DNA from: Myxococcota bacterium | Lineage (GTDB): Bacteria > Myxococcota_A > UBA9160 > PR03 | DNA: 64,000 nt | Direction: 5' to 3' | NCBI GenBank assembly: GCA_035506135.1 | Contig: DATJPY010000044.1 | Coordinates: 1,528-65,527, forward strand | Shown: one piece after another, positions 1-8,482 of the stretch | How positions within the stretch are numbered: the first letter of the stretch is position 1 | Layout of the letters: each line of letters starts with the position of its first letter | Made by a program: the position numbers and the translations under genes | The notes under the pieces: model-generated | The model's input: only the letters and a program-made list of their open reading frames with translations | Told to the model about the DNA's origin: nothing | Databases searched by the model: none

Positions 1-709
1 TCCAGCGCAGCGCGCCGCTGCGCACGTCGTACGCGCGCACCACGCCGCGCGGCGCGTCGACCCGCTGGTTGTCGCCGATGGCCGAGCCCACGATCACCAG
101 GCCGCCGATCACCGTGGGCGGCGACGAGATCGTGTAGTCCCACGCGTGGAGCTCACCGACGCCCTTGCGCAGATCGACCTCGCCGCGCTCGCCGAACGAT
201 TCGCAGCGGCGTCCGGTGGCGGCGTCGATCGCGTAGAGCTTCGACTCGACGGTGGCCGCGAAGATGCGCCGGCGGCAAGGCGCTGCGTCGGGCGCCGTCT
301 CGTCGAGCCAGCTCGCGACGCCGCGCGACGTGTACTCCGGGTAGTGCCCCGCGGCGACCGTCGCATCGAAGCGCCAGCGCTCGGCCCCCGTCTCGGGATC
401 GAGCGCGAGCACGCGGCCGAGCGGCGTCGGCAATACCAGGAGCCCGTCGACCAGGATCGGCGTCGCCTCGAACGTGCTGTGCGCAGGCGGCGGCGGAACC
501 GCGTCGAAGTCGCCCGTGCGGACCTTCCAGGCGACGGTGAGCTGCTGCACGTTCTCGCGCCGGATCTGGTCGAGCGGCGACCAGCGGCTGCCGCCGTCGT
601 CGCCCCCATACACGGGCCAGTCGCTCCGCGTCGCGTCGCTGGCGCGTGCGGACGCGCCGGCGGCGAGCGCCAGCGCGGTGACGAGCGGGATCGCGACGTG
701 TCGGTTCAC
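1..709 (-). CDS. PQQ-dependent (quinoprotein) dehydrogenase, N-terminal part; the gene runs off the left edge of the window
   Basis: My own translation of the minus strand from GTG (709-707) gives VNRHVAIPLVTALALAAGASARA (signal peptide). It continues DWPVYGGDDGGSRWSPLDQI..LTVAWKVRTGD..ATPILVDG..LYAIDAATG..WDYTISSPPTVIGGLVIVGSAIGDN, which is typical of glucose/quinate-type PQQ beta-propellers. GGAGG lies just upstream. The gene is absent from the ORF track because it is open at the window edge. Confidence 0.75.
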   Translation of the reverse strand, partial: MNRHVAIPLVTALALAAGASARASDATRSDWPVYGGDDGGSRWSPLDQIRRENVQQLTVAWKVRTGDFDAVPPPPAHSTFEATPILVDGLLVLPTPLGRVLALDPETGAERWRFDATVAAGHYPEYTSRGVASWLDETAPDAAPCRRRIFAATVESKLYAIDAATGRRCESFGERGEVDLRKGVGELHAWDYTISSPPTVIGGLVIVGSAIGDNQRVDAPRGVVRAYDVRSGALRW

Positions 710-1428
710 CGGTCCTCCGGGGTGCGCGGTGCGTCGGGCACGAGGCTCGCGACGAGGAGCGCGACGACGCCCTCGCGCGCGGCCTCCTCGTCGCCGAACA
801 GGCTGGGATCGAGATCGCCGTGGCGATGGCGCGCGAAGTAGACCACCGCCTCGGCGAGGAAGCGCGCCGCGACCCACGGCTCTGCGGCGCGGCGGAGCTG
901 GCCTTCCGCCATGCGGCGCTCGAGGTAGCGGGTCAGGCGCGCGAAGAAAGCGCGCCGCTGCTCGACGAAGTAGAGCTCGTAGAGCTCGGGCAGATCGATC
1001 GCCGAGCGCTCCATCACGGTCGCGGGCCCGCGCGTGCGCGCGATCTGGTCGTAGAGCTCGCGGACGACGCCCTCGAGCTCGGCGCGCGCATCGGCCGTGC
1101 GCCGGCGGGCGAGGGCGGCTGCGAGCGCCGGGAGGTGGAAGCCCGCGGCGAGCTGCTCGCGCAGCCGGCGCTCGGCCTCGGCCGGCGCGGGAGCACGAAC
1201 GGGCAGGCGGGCCGGCTCCGGCGTCGCGGCCTCGCCGCCGCCGCCGCCGATCACCCAATGGAACAGCGCCCCCTTGCTCTCGAAGTACTGGTAGAGCGTG
1301 CCGGGGGACACGCCGAGCTCGCGCGCGACGTCGGTCATGCGCGCGCGGCGGAGGCCTCGCGCGGCGAACACGCGCAGGGCCGCGGTCCGGATCTGGTCGA
1401 GGCGGCCAGCCGGCCGGCGTCGGGCCAT
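706..1428 (-). CDS. TetR/AcrR family transcriptional regulator
   Basis: ORF 706..1428. The N-terminal HTH is RLDQIRTAALRVFAARGLRRARMTDVARELGVSPGTLYQYFESKGALF. Its TGA stop overlaps the GTG start of the downstream PQQ dehydrogenase (GTGA at 706-709). Confidence 0.9.
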   Translation of the reverse strand: MARRRPAGRLDQIRTAALRVFAARGLRRARMTDVARELGVSPGTLYQYFESKGALFHWVIGGGGGEAATPEPARLPVRAPAPAEAERRLREQLAAGFHLPALAAALARRRTADARAELEGVVRELYDQIARTRGPATVMERSAIDLPELYELYFVEQRRAFFARLTRYLERRMAEGQLRRAAEPWVAARFLAEAVVYFARHRHGDLDPSLFGDEEAAREGVVALLVASLVPDAPRTPEDR

Positions 1429-1444
1429 GTCGCGAGTGTCCGAT

Positions 1445-1469
1445 AAATGAATGATCGAGTCAATTATTT
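1445..1469. promoter_or_regulatory. imperfect palindrome AAATGAATGA-N5-TCAATTATTT in the tetR/ammonia-lyase divergent gap (candidate TetR operator / promoter island)
   Basis: aaatgaatgatcgagtcaattattt. The 10-bp arms match at 8/10 when reverse-complemented. It is an AT-rich island in otherwise GC-rich DNA, 17 nt from the tetR ATG. Confidence 0.35.
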
Positions 1470-1470
1470 T

Positions 1471-2664
1471 ATGAACGCGCCGCGGCGGCTACGGTTGGCC
1501 TCCTCGGAGAAGCACGTGGGGCGTATCCGGTTTTCGAGAAGCGAGGTGCGGCGCGCGGCGTTCGGTCCGCCGCCGCGGGGACCCCTCGACTTCCACCGCG
1601 GTCTGCCCGGCTATGCGCCGAGCCCCGTCCGCGCCGCGCCGCGGCTCGCCGAGCGCCTCGGGCTCGCGCGGGTCTGGGTGAAGGACGAGTCGTCGCGTCT
1701 CGGGCTCCCGTCCTTCAAGATCCTCGGCGCTTCGTGGGCGACAGGGCGTGCGCTCGCCGCGCGGCTCGGCCTCGACGCGCGGAGCGCCCCGTCGCTCGCT
1801 GCGCTGCGCGACGGCGTCCCCGGGCTCGGGCTCGTCGCGGCCACGGACGGCAATCACGGACGCGCCGTGGCACGGGTCGCCCGCTGGCTCGGCCTTCCCG
1901 CCGCCATCTATGTGCCGGCGGGCACGGCGGCGGCGCGCATCCGTGCGATCGCGGAGGAGGGCGCGCGCGTGATCGAGGTCGATGGCAGCTACGACGAGAC
2001 GGTGGAGCGGGCGGCGGCCGCGCAGGACGCGCGCTCGATCCTGATCCAGGACCATGCGTGGCCCGGCTTCGAGGAGGTTCCGCGCTGGGTGATCGAGGGC
2101 TACGCGACGATCTTCTGGGAGGCGGACCGGCAGCTCGCGGACGAGCCCCGCCTCGATCTGGTGCTGGTCCAGGTGGGCGTCGGCGCGCTCGCCGCCGCCG
2201 CGGTCGATCACTACCGCCGGCCGGATCTCGCCGCGCGTCCCGCGCTCGCCAGCGTCGAGCCGACCGGCGCCGCGTGCGCGCTCGCATCGATCGAGGCCGG
2301 ACGCATCGTGACGGTGCCGGCCGGCGCGCACTCGTCGATCATGGCGGGCCTGAACTGCGGCACGCCCTCCAGCGTCGCCTGGCCCGCGCTCGAAGGAGGC
2401 ATCGACGTCTTCCTGGCGGTCGACGACGAGCGGTCTCGCGAGGGCGTGCGCGCGCTCGCGGAGGACGGGATCGTGTCGGGCGAGTCGGGTGCCGCCGGCG
2501 CTGCGGGCCTGCTCGAGCTGCTCGAGAGCCCGGAGGCCGGAGCCGCGCGCAAGCGGCTCGGCCTCGACCGGGACGCGCGCGTGCTGCTGATCTCGACCGA
2601 AGGGGCGACCGATCCCGCGCTGTGGCAGCGCATCGTGGGACGCGCGCCGGAGCGCGCGGCGTGA
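1471..2664 (+). CDS. diaminopropionate ammonia-lyase-like PLP enzyme (tryptophan-synthase-beta fold)
   Basis: Frame of ORF 1447..2664. Motifs: FHRGLPGYAPSPV..VWVKDESSRLGLPSFKILGASWA (PLP lysine) and ATDGNHGRAVA. I prefer ATG 1471 (MNAPRR) because ATG 1447 lies inside the AT-rich operator-like island only 19 nt from the tetR start. Confidence 0.7.
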   Translation: MNAPRRLRLASSEKHVGRIRFSRSEVRRAAFGPPPRGPLDFHRGLPGYAPSPVRAAPRLAERLGLARVWVKDESSRLGLPSFKILGASWATGRALAARLGLDARSAPSLAALRDGVPGLGLVAATDGNHGRAVARVARWLGLPAAIYVPAGTAAARIRAIAEEGARVIEVDGSYDETVERAAAAQDARSILIQDHAWPGFEEVPRWVIEGYATIFWEADRQLADEPRLDLVLVQVGVGALAAAAVDHYRRPDLAARPALASVEPTGAACALASIEAGRIVTVPAGAHSSIMAGLNCGTPSSVAWPALEGGIDVFLAVDDERSREGVRALAEDGIVSGESGAAGAAGLLELLESPEAGAARKRLGLDRDARVLLISTEGATDPALWQRIVGRAPERAA

Positions 2665-3470
2665 CCGCGCGTCTCGAGCTGTCGCCCGAGCATCCGCACG
2701 TGGCGGTCGTCACGATCGATCGCCCCGAGCGCGCCAACGCGCTCGACCCGCCGACGCTGCGCGCGCTCGCGGGCTGCTGGCGCCGCATCGCCGAGGATCC
2801 CGACATCCGCTGCGCCGTGCTGACCGGGTCGGGCGAGCGGGTCTTCTGCTCGGGCATGGACCTGCGCACCACGATCCCGGCATCGCAGCGCCTGGCGCGC
2901 GGCGAGACCATCGACCCGGACGACTTCGCCGGTCTGCGCGACGCGGCGACCGCCGTGCTGGCCGGCTTCGACCTCGCGACCCCGCTCGTCTGTGCGATCA
3001 ACGGCCACTGCCGCGCCGTCGGCCTCGACCTGATGCTCGCGAGCGAGCTGCGCTACGCGGTGCCGGAGGCGACCTTCGCGCTCGAGGAGGTCGCGCGCGG
3101 TCTCTATCCGACCGGGAATGCGACGGTCCTGCTGCCGCGCCAGGTCGGCTGGGTACACGCCATGGATCTGCTCCTCACCGCTCGGCCGATCCCGGCCGGG
3201 CGTGCGGCCGAGATCGGGCTGGTGAACGAGGTCGTATCGCGCGCGGACCTCCTGCCGCGCGCGCTCGCCGCCGCCGAAGCGATCGCCGGGAATGCGCCGC
3301 TGGCCGTGCGCGAGACGCGTCGCGGCGTGCGCGAGCTGCTGGCGCTCCCGCTCGACGAGGCGTATCGGCGGCAGGAAGAGCTCGGCCGTCCGCTCCGCCG
3401 CACCGACGACGCGCGCGAGGGCGCGCGCGCATTCCTCGAGAAGCGCAGGCCGCGCTGGACGGGTCAGTGA
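2661..3470 (+). CDS. enoyl-CoA hydratase/isomerase (crotonase) family protein
   Basis: In-frame part of ORF 1734..3470 starting at GTG 2661 (GTGA overlap with the upstream stop). Sequence: VAVVTIDRPERANALD..VLTGSGERVFCSGMDL..AINGHCRAVGLDL..REGARAFLEKRRPRW. Confidence 0.85.
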   Translation: MTARLELSPEHPHVAVVTIDRPERANALDPPTLRALAGCWRRIAEDPDIRCAVLTGSGERVFCSGMDLRTTIPASQRLARGETIDPDDFAGLRDAATAVLAGFDLATPLVCAINGHCRAVGLDLMLASELRYAVPEATFALEEVARGLYPTGNATVLLPRQVGWVHAMDLLLTARPIPAGRAAEIGLVNEVVSRADLLPRALAAAEAIAGNAPLAVRETRRGVRELLALPLDEAYRRQEELGRPLRRTDDAREGARAFLEKRRPRWTGQ

Positions 3471-3474
3471 GCGG

Positions 3475-4482
3475 TCAACGTCCGAAGATCTCCAGCATCG
3501 CGTCCAGGTTGGTGCGCACGCGCTCGGGCGAGGCGCCGACGGTCGCGGCGTACAGCAGCGGCTCATCGGTGAGCTCGCGCCACTGCGCGAGCCGGTCGCG
3601 CGCCTCGTCCGGAGGGCAGGCGATGGCGATCTCGTCGACGAGCGCGTCCGGGATCGCCTCGGCCATGGCGCGCACGTCGAAGCGCGCGAGCGCGGCGCGG
3701 CACGCGGCGCCGACCTCGGGCATGCCGTGGAACGCCAGGACCGTGTGGTAGACCGAGACGGTGAAGTAGAAGCCGATCTGGCTCTTCGCGTCGCGCAGCG
3801 CGAGAGCTCGATCGCGCTGGAGCGAGCACATCACGTACGGCGCCAGGCGGCAGCTTCCGGGCGCGCGCCCCGCGGCCGCCTCGGCCGCGCGCAGCCACGG
3901 CAGCGTGCGCTCGCGGTGCCAGCGCCGCGACGCGATCGGGTGACCCACCAGGGCGTCGGCCGTCGAGCCCGCGGCGTCCACCATCCGGCGGTTCACGCCC
4001 GCGACCCAGATCGGGAGCGACGGGCGCGCGGCGCCGGGGCGCGCGAACACCGGGATCGACAGCTTCCAGAACTCGCCGTCGAAGCGGAAGCCACCGCCGC
4101 GGGCGGCTGCGAACATCGCCCGCAGCAGGCGCACCAGCTCCGCCATCCGCGCGGCGGGCCGGGAGAACGGGACACCGAACCACTCCTCGTTCATCCGCCG
4201 CGTGCCGCTGCCCAGACCGAGCACCATGCGGCCGCCGGAGAGCTCGTCGAGGTCGAGGGCCGCGGTGCCGTGCAGGATGGGTGAGCGGGTGAATGCGTTC
4301 GCGATGCCCGTGCCGAGGCAGATGCGCTGCGTCGCCTCCGCGATCGCGCCGAGGATCGCGAAGCCGTGCTGGTTGAAGAACTCGACGCTGAAGACGGAGT
4401 CGAATCCCGCTGCCTCCGCCCGCCGCGCCAGCTCGACGTTGGCGCGTGCTCCTCCTCCGGTGAGGATCAGCCCGATCGGCAC
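3475..4482 (-). CDS. luciferase-like monooxygenase (LLM) class flavin/F420-dependent oxidoreductase
   Basis: Frame of ORF 3475..4575. GTG at 4482 is preceded by AGGAGG. Sequence: VPIGLILTGGGARANVELARRAEAAGFDSVFSVEFF..GRMVLGLGSGTRRMNEEWFG. The cofactor (FMN or F420) cannot be told from the sequence. Confidence 0.8.
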   Translation of the reverse strand: MPIGLILTGGGARANVELARRAEAAGFDSVFSVEFFNQHGFAILGAIAEATQRICLGTGIANAFTRSPILHGTAALDLDELSGGRMVLGLGSGTRRMNEEWFGVPFSRPAARMAELVRLLRAMFAAARGGGFRFDGEFWKLSIPVFARPGAARPSLPIWVAGVNRRMVDAAGSTADALVGHPIASRRWHRERTLPWLRAAEAAAGRAPGSCRLAPYVMCSLQRDRALALRDAKSQIGFYFTVSVYHTVLAFHGMPEVGAACRAALARFDVRAMAEAIPDALVDEIAIACPPDEARDRLAQWRELTDEPLLYAATVGASPERVRTNLDAMLEIFGR

Positions 4483-4534
4483 GCGACTCCTCCTGCGGCC
4501 GCCTCGACGATGCGGGCGGCGGTTCGGACGCGGA

Positions 4535-5167
4535 TCATCCGGCCACCGTCGACGCCAGCAGGAGCTGCGCGCCAAAGTAGAGCGGCAGGCCCCAGAGCTT
4601 GTTCGAGAAGCTCTTGGCGACGAAGCGCTCGCGCGCCACCGCGAGATCGGAGAGGTAGAAGGCGGCTGCGCCGAGCGCGATCGCCCGGCGCGGCTCGTGG
4701 CCCACGGTGCCGAACGCGCACACCAGCATGCCGGAGATCACGACGAGGTACGCGAGCACCGGCCGCTGCAAGCGGACCGGGACGTGCGGGAAGATCGAGC
4801 GCAGCGCCAGCAGGCTGGCCGGCAGCACGGCGAGCGCCGCGATCAGGCAGGCCGAGATGTCGAGACCGCGCACGGCGAAGGCGATGGCGTAGGCGACGTG
4901 GCCGAGCAGGAAGCTCACCAGCCCGGCGAGGAACGCGACGTGCGCACCGCGCGGGATCAGCAATACGTCCCCGAGCGCCGCGAGCAGGAGGCCGCCGAGG
5001 AGCCAGGTGCCGTACCCCGAGTCGAGCGCGCCCGCCGCGAGCGCGGCGGCGACGAAGCCGGCCGACGCGAGGGGCTTCGCGATCCAGACGCCGGGTCGCC
5101 AGCCGAAGCGCTCGGCGACCAGCAGCGCGGCGGTGGCGGCGACCGTGAGCGCGGCGAAGGGAAGCAC
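4535..5167 (-). CDS. YhhN family membrane protein (lysoplasmalogenase family)
   Basis: C-terminal 210 aa of ORF 4535..5989, from GTG 5167, 11 nt after the DUF1295 stop. It is polytopic: LLGGLLLAALGDVLLI..AFLAGLVSFLLGHVAYAIAF..AAAFYLSDLAVARERF. The start codon is uncertain. Confidence 0.7.
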   Translation of the reverse strand: MLPFAALTVAATAALLVAERFGWRPGVWIAKPLASAGFVAAALAAGALDSGYGTWLLGGLLLAALGDVLLIPRGAHVAFLAGLVSFLLGHVAYAIAFAVRGLDISACLIAALAVLPASLLALRSIFPHVPVRLQRPVLAYLVVISGMLVCAFGTVGHEPRRAIALGAAAFYLSDLAVARERFVAKSFSNKLWGLPLYFGAQLLLASTVAG

Positions 5168-5178
5168 GGGCGCCGAGT

Positions 5179-5976
5179 CTATCGGAGCGGGGTGCGGCGC
5201 GGCGGCCGGGGGACGAAGCGGCTGGTCCGCTCGGCGTACGCGCGATAGCCGGGGCGCGTGCGCACGAGCGAGCGCTCGAGCAGCGGGACGCCCGACACGC
5301 GAACCAGGAGGAACGTCATCAGCATGGGGCTCGGCAGCGTCCAGCGGCCGGCTCGGGTCGAAGCTGCCACCGCGAAGATCCCCCACCAGGCGAGCGCATC
5401 GCCGAAGTAGTTCGGGTGGCGGGTGTAGCGCCAGAGCCCGCGGTCCATCACCTGCCCGCGGCTGGTCGGGTCCGCGCGGAAGCGCGCGAGCTGCCAGTCG
5501 CCCACGGATTCGAAGAAGAGCCCGGTCGCCCAGAGCGCGGCGCCGATCGCGTCGAGGGCGCCGAGCCCCGCGGCGGCGGGCCGCAGCAGCGCCACCTGGA
5601 CCGGCAGCGAGACGATCCACATCAGCGCCGCCTGCAGCCCGAACACGGTCCAGAGGCTCACGCGCGCGAAGCGCTCGCCGTGCCGCCGACGCATCGCTGC
5701 GTAGCGAGGATCCTCGCCCCGCCCGCGGTTGCGCCAGCCGAGGTGGGCGCCGAGCCGCAGACCCCAGAGCGCGGTCATCGCGAGGAGCAGCGCGCCGCGC
5801 GCGCCGGGCGCCGGCGCCCCGGCGTACGTAATCGCCGCGATGGCGGCGAATCCCGGCCCCCAGTAGACGTCGACGAGGCTCGCGTCGCGCCGCCGCAGGC
5901 TCACCTGCCAGAGCGCGAAGAAGACCGCCGCGTTCCAGACGGCCGTCGCAGCGAGGCCCGCGGCGAGGGACATCAA
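5179..5976 (-). CDS. DUF1295 / steroid 5-alpha-reductase-like membrane protein
   Basis: ORF 5179..5976. Multi-pass membrane protein with the C-terminal signature RGLWRYTRHPNYFGDALAWWGIF. Confidence 0.8.
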   Translation of the reverse strand: MMSLAAGLAATAVWNAAVFFALWQVSLRRRDASLVDVYWGPGFAAIAAITYAGAPAPGARGALLLAMTALWGLRLGAHLGWRNRGRGEDPRYAAMRRRHGERFARVSLWTVFGLQAALMWIVSLPVQVALLRPAAAGLGALDAIGAALWATGLFFESVGDWQLARFRADPTSRGQVMDRGLWRYTRHPNYFGDALAWWGIFAVAASTRAGRWTLPSPMLMTFLLVRVSGVPLLERSLVRTRPGYRAYAERTSRFVPRPPRRTPLR

Positions 5977-6036
5977 GCCGCTCCCGCACCCCGGCGCGCT
6001 CCCGGCGGCTCGGCGATCACGGGCTCGGCGCCCCCT

Positions 6037-6933
6037 TCACGCGGCCGCGCCGCGCAGCGAGAGCAGGGCCACCTTGCGCTCGATCCCGTCGATGTCGGCC
6101 AGCAGCGCCGAGCCGCGCGGAAGCGCGACCGCAGCCGCTCCCGGCCCGCCGACCCAGAGCTCGACGGACGCGGGCATCAGCCGGCGCAGCGCGTCCAGCG
6201 CGAGGGCCACCGGTGCCCCGTCGCGCTGACAGACGCCGAGCGCGACGGCGGCTGCGCCGAGCGCGTCGGCCGCCTGCGCCACCTCGGCGACGGGAAGATC
6301 GGGCCCCAGGTAGATCGCCCGTCCGCCCGCGTCGACGGCGGCTACCGCCGCCATCAGGACGCCCAGCTCGTGGCGCTCGCCCGGAGGTGTGGTGAAGAGG
6401 ATCGGCGACATCTGGGCGGCGGCGTTCGTCGGACGCAAGACGCTGCCGAGCAGAGTGCGCAGGAGCGCGCTCGCGAGGTGCTCGGATGCGGCACAGAGCG
6501 CGCCGTCCTCCCAGCGCCGACCGATCTCGTTCAGCAGCGGTGAGGCGACGCACCGCGCGAAGCGCGCGCCGCCGAGCGCGGAGAGCTGCAGCCCGAGGAG
6601 TCGCTCGGCATCGGCCGCATCGAGTCGGTCGAGCGCCTCGAGGATCGCCGCGAGCGGCGCGGTCGGTGCAGCAGGAGCCAGCGCGGCGCGCCGATCGAGC
6701 TCGTCGTCCTCCAGTCGCGCGATGTCGCCGATCGGGTGGCCGGCAGCCACCGCGGCGCGCAGGCGCTGCAGGCGGATCACGTCGGCCTCGCGGTAGCGGC
6801 GCGTGCCGCCGTCGGTACGCAGCGGTCGCACCGCGCCATAGCGGCGCTCCCACGCGCGCAGGACGTGCGCGGAGAGGCCCGTGAGCCGGACGACCGCTCC
6901 CACGGAGTAGGTGGGCTCCTGCTCGCGGGTCAT
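6037..6933 (-). CDS. carH: MerR-family, B12-binding CarH/LitR-type light-responsive repressor
   Basis: ATG 6933 within ORF 6037..7323. It has a MerR HTH (YSVGAVVRLTGLSAHVLRAWERRYG). It has the Wx9EH motif (RWEDGALCAASEH) of the CarH four-helix bundle, the ExHxxG cobalamin-binding motif (GERHELG) and a later GG motif (LWVGGPG). Confidence 0.85.
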   Translation of the reverse strand: MTREQEPTYSVGAVVRLTGLSAHVLRAWERRYGAVRPLRTDGGTRRYREADVIRLQRLRAAVAAGHPIGDIARLEDDELDRRAALAPAAPTAPLAAILEALDRLDAADAERLLGLQLSALGGARFARCVASPLLNEIGRRWEDGALCAASEHLASALLRTLLGSVLRPTNAAAQMSPILFTTPPGERHELGVLMAAVAAVDAGGRAIYLGPDLPVAEVAQAADALGAAAVALGVCQRDGAPVALALDALRRLMPASVELWVGGPGAAAVALPRGSALLADIDGIERKVALLSLRGAAA

Positions 6934-6961
6934 CGGCCGAGAATGCTCGGCAGGGAAAGTG

Positions 6962-6984
6962 CTGTCAAGCAAATATATCGACAG
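6962..6984. promoter_or_regulatory. inverted repeat CTGTCAA-N9-TCGACAG in the AT-rich carH/phr intergenic island; candidate CarH operator spanning two back-to-back -35 boxes
   Basis: The sequence ctgtcaagcaaatatatcgacag is one of very few AT-rich stretches in the window. The left arm read on the minus strand is a perfect TTGACA (6968-6963), with CATTCT 17 nt downstream and then 6 nt to the carH ATG. The right arm on the plus strand is TCGACA (6978-6983), with TATCCT at 7002-7007 and then 8 nt to the phr ATG. tatatcgacag fits the CarH direct-repeat pattern nAnnTnnACAn once. Confidence 0.45.
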
Positions 6985-7015
6985 CGAATTACAACGGGCT
7001 CTATCCTGCCCGGAG

Positions 7016-8482
7016 ATGGCGACCGCCTCCGCCCGCCGAGAGCAGGTCATCCACTGGTTCCGGAGCGATCTGCGGCTCGGCGACAACCGCGCGTTGGCGG
7101 CCGCGGCGTCCCGCGCCGACGCCCTGGCTCTGGTCTTCGTCCTCGACGACCGCCTGCTCCACGGCGACGCGGTCGGCCCGCCGCGGCGGCGCTTCCTCGT
7201 TCGATCGCTCGTGTCCCTGGCCACCTCGCTCGCAGCGCGCGGCCATCGCCTGCGGATCCACCGCGGTGACCCGGTCGCCGTGGTGCCGGCGCTCGCCCGC
7301 GCGCTGCGCGCCGATCGCATCACCTGGAATCGCGACGACGGCGCCTACGCGAGGCGCCGCGACGCCGCGGTGCGTGCCGCCGCCGCGCGCGATGGCGTCG
7401 CGGTGGAGGAGCACAAGGACCGGGTCGTGTTCGAGAGCGGCGAGCTTCGCACGCGTGCGGGCGACGCCTTTCGCGTTTATACACCGTTCCGCAACGCCTG
7501 GTGGGCGCGCTTCCGGGAGGAGCCCCAGGAGCCCCTTGGGCCGCTGCGCCTGCCGGAGCCGCTGACGGACGACGGGCTGGGGCCGGGCGAGCCGCTCGCC
7601 GACACCGAAGAGGATCCGGCCGAGCTGCCGCCCGCGGGCGAGGCCGCCGCGCTGCGACGGCTCGAGCGCTTCCTCGCCGGCCCGGCGTGGACCTACGCCG
7701 AGCGGCGCGATCGCCCCGACCTCGACGGCACCTCGCGCCTCTCGCCACACCTCCGATTCGGCGCCATCTCGATCCGCCGCTGCGTCCACCGCGCGCTCGA
7801 TCGGATGCGCGAGGAGCCGCGCGCAGCGCCCGGCCTCCGCCGATGGCTCGACGAGCTGGTGTGGCGCGAGTTCTATCACGCGGTGCGCACCGAGCACCCG
7901 GACCTGCGGCGGCGCGCGCTGCGCCGCGAGCTCGACGGGCTCGCCTGGGAGGAGGACCCGGTAGGGTTCGAGGCCTGGTGCCGCGGCCGCACCGGCTTTC
8001 CCTTCGTCGACGCCGCGATGCGCCAGCTCGCCGCCACGGGCTGGATCCACAACCGGGCCCGCATGGTGGCGGCCAGCTTCCTGACGAAGGACCTCGGCAT
8101 CGACTGGCGTCGCGGCGAGCGCTTCTTCATGCAGCGCCTGGTGGACGGCGATCCGGCGAGCAACGCGGGTGGCTGGCAGTGGGCGGCGTCGACGGGCACC
8201 GATGCCCAGCCCTGGTTCCGAGTCTTCCATCCCGTGCGCCAGGGCGAGCGCTTCGATCCGGAGGGCCGCTACGTGCGCCGCTTCGTGCCGGAGCTGCGCG
8301 CATGCGACGATCGGTTCGTGCAGCGCCCGTGGGAGGCGGTGCCCGCAGTGCGCGGATACCCTCGTCCCATCGTCGACCACGCGGCGCGGCGGCTGGCGGC
8401 GCTGCGCCGCTTCGAGGCGCTGCGCGCGAGGGCGGGGAGGCGGCATGGGCGCAGACCGTCGTGCGGGCCCGCGTCTTCCTGA
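7016..8482 (+). CDS. phr: deoxyribodipyrimidine (CPD) photolyase, class I
   Basis: ATG 7016 within ORF 6911..8482. Sequence: VIHWFRSDLRLGDNRAL..TSRLSPHLRFG..WREFY..GWIHNRARMVAASFL..DGDPASNAGGWQWAASTG. Confidence 0.95.
   Translation: MATASARREQVIHWFRSDLRLGDNRALAAAASRADALALVFVLDDRLLHGDAVGPPRRRFLVRSLVSLATSLAARGHRLRIHRGDPVAVVPALARALRADRITWNRDDGAYARRRDAAVRAAAARDGVAVEEHKDRVVFESGELRTRAGDAFRVYTPFRNAWWARFREEPQEPLGPLRLPEPLTDDGLGPGEPLADTEEDPAELPPAGEAAALRRLERFLAGPAWTYAERRDRPDLDGTSRLSPHLRFGAISIRRCVHRALDRMREEPRAAPGLRRWLDELVWREFYHAVRTEHPDLRRRALRRELDGLAWEEDPVGFEAWCRGRTGFPFVDAAMRQLAATGWIHNRARMVAASFLTKDLGIDWRRGERFFMQRLVDGDPASNAGGWQWAASTGTDAQPWFRVFHPVRQGERFDPEGRYVRRFVPELRACDDRFVQRPWEAVPAVRGYPRPIVDHAARRLAALRRFEALRARAGRRHGRRPSCGPASS

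Noticed and set aside
109-1454. ORFs 109..609(-), 146..841(+) and 474..1454(+) at the left edge
   Set aside because: They overlap, out of frame or antisense, the PQQ dehydrogenase and TetR genes. Those two genes have clear motifs, an RBS and a signal peptide. The translations of these ORFs are Arg/Ser/Ala filler.
1447-1470. ATG 1447 as the start of the ammonia-lyase-like gene
   Set aside because: It lies inside the AT-rich palindromic island only 19 nt from the divergent tetR start. ATG 1471 gives an N-terminal length matching the E. coli enzyme before the conserved FHxxxxGYxP(S/T)P region. This is kept as an alternative only.
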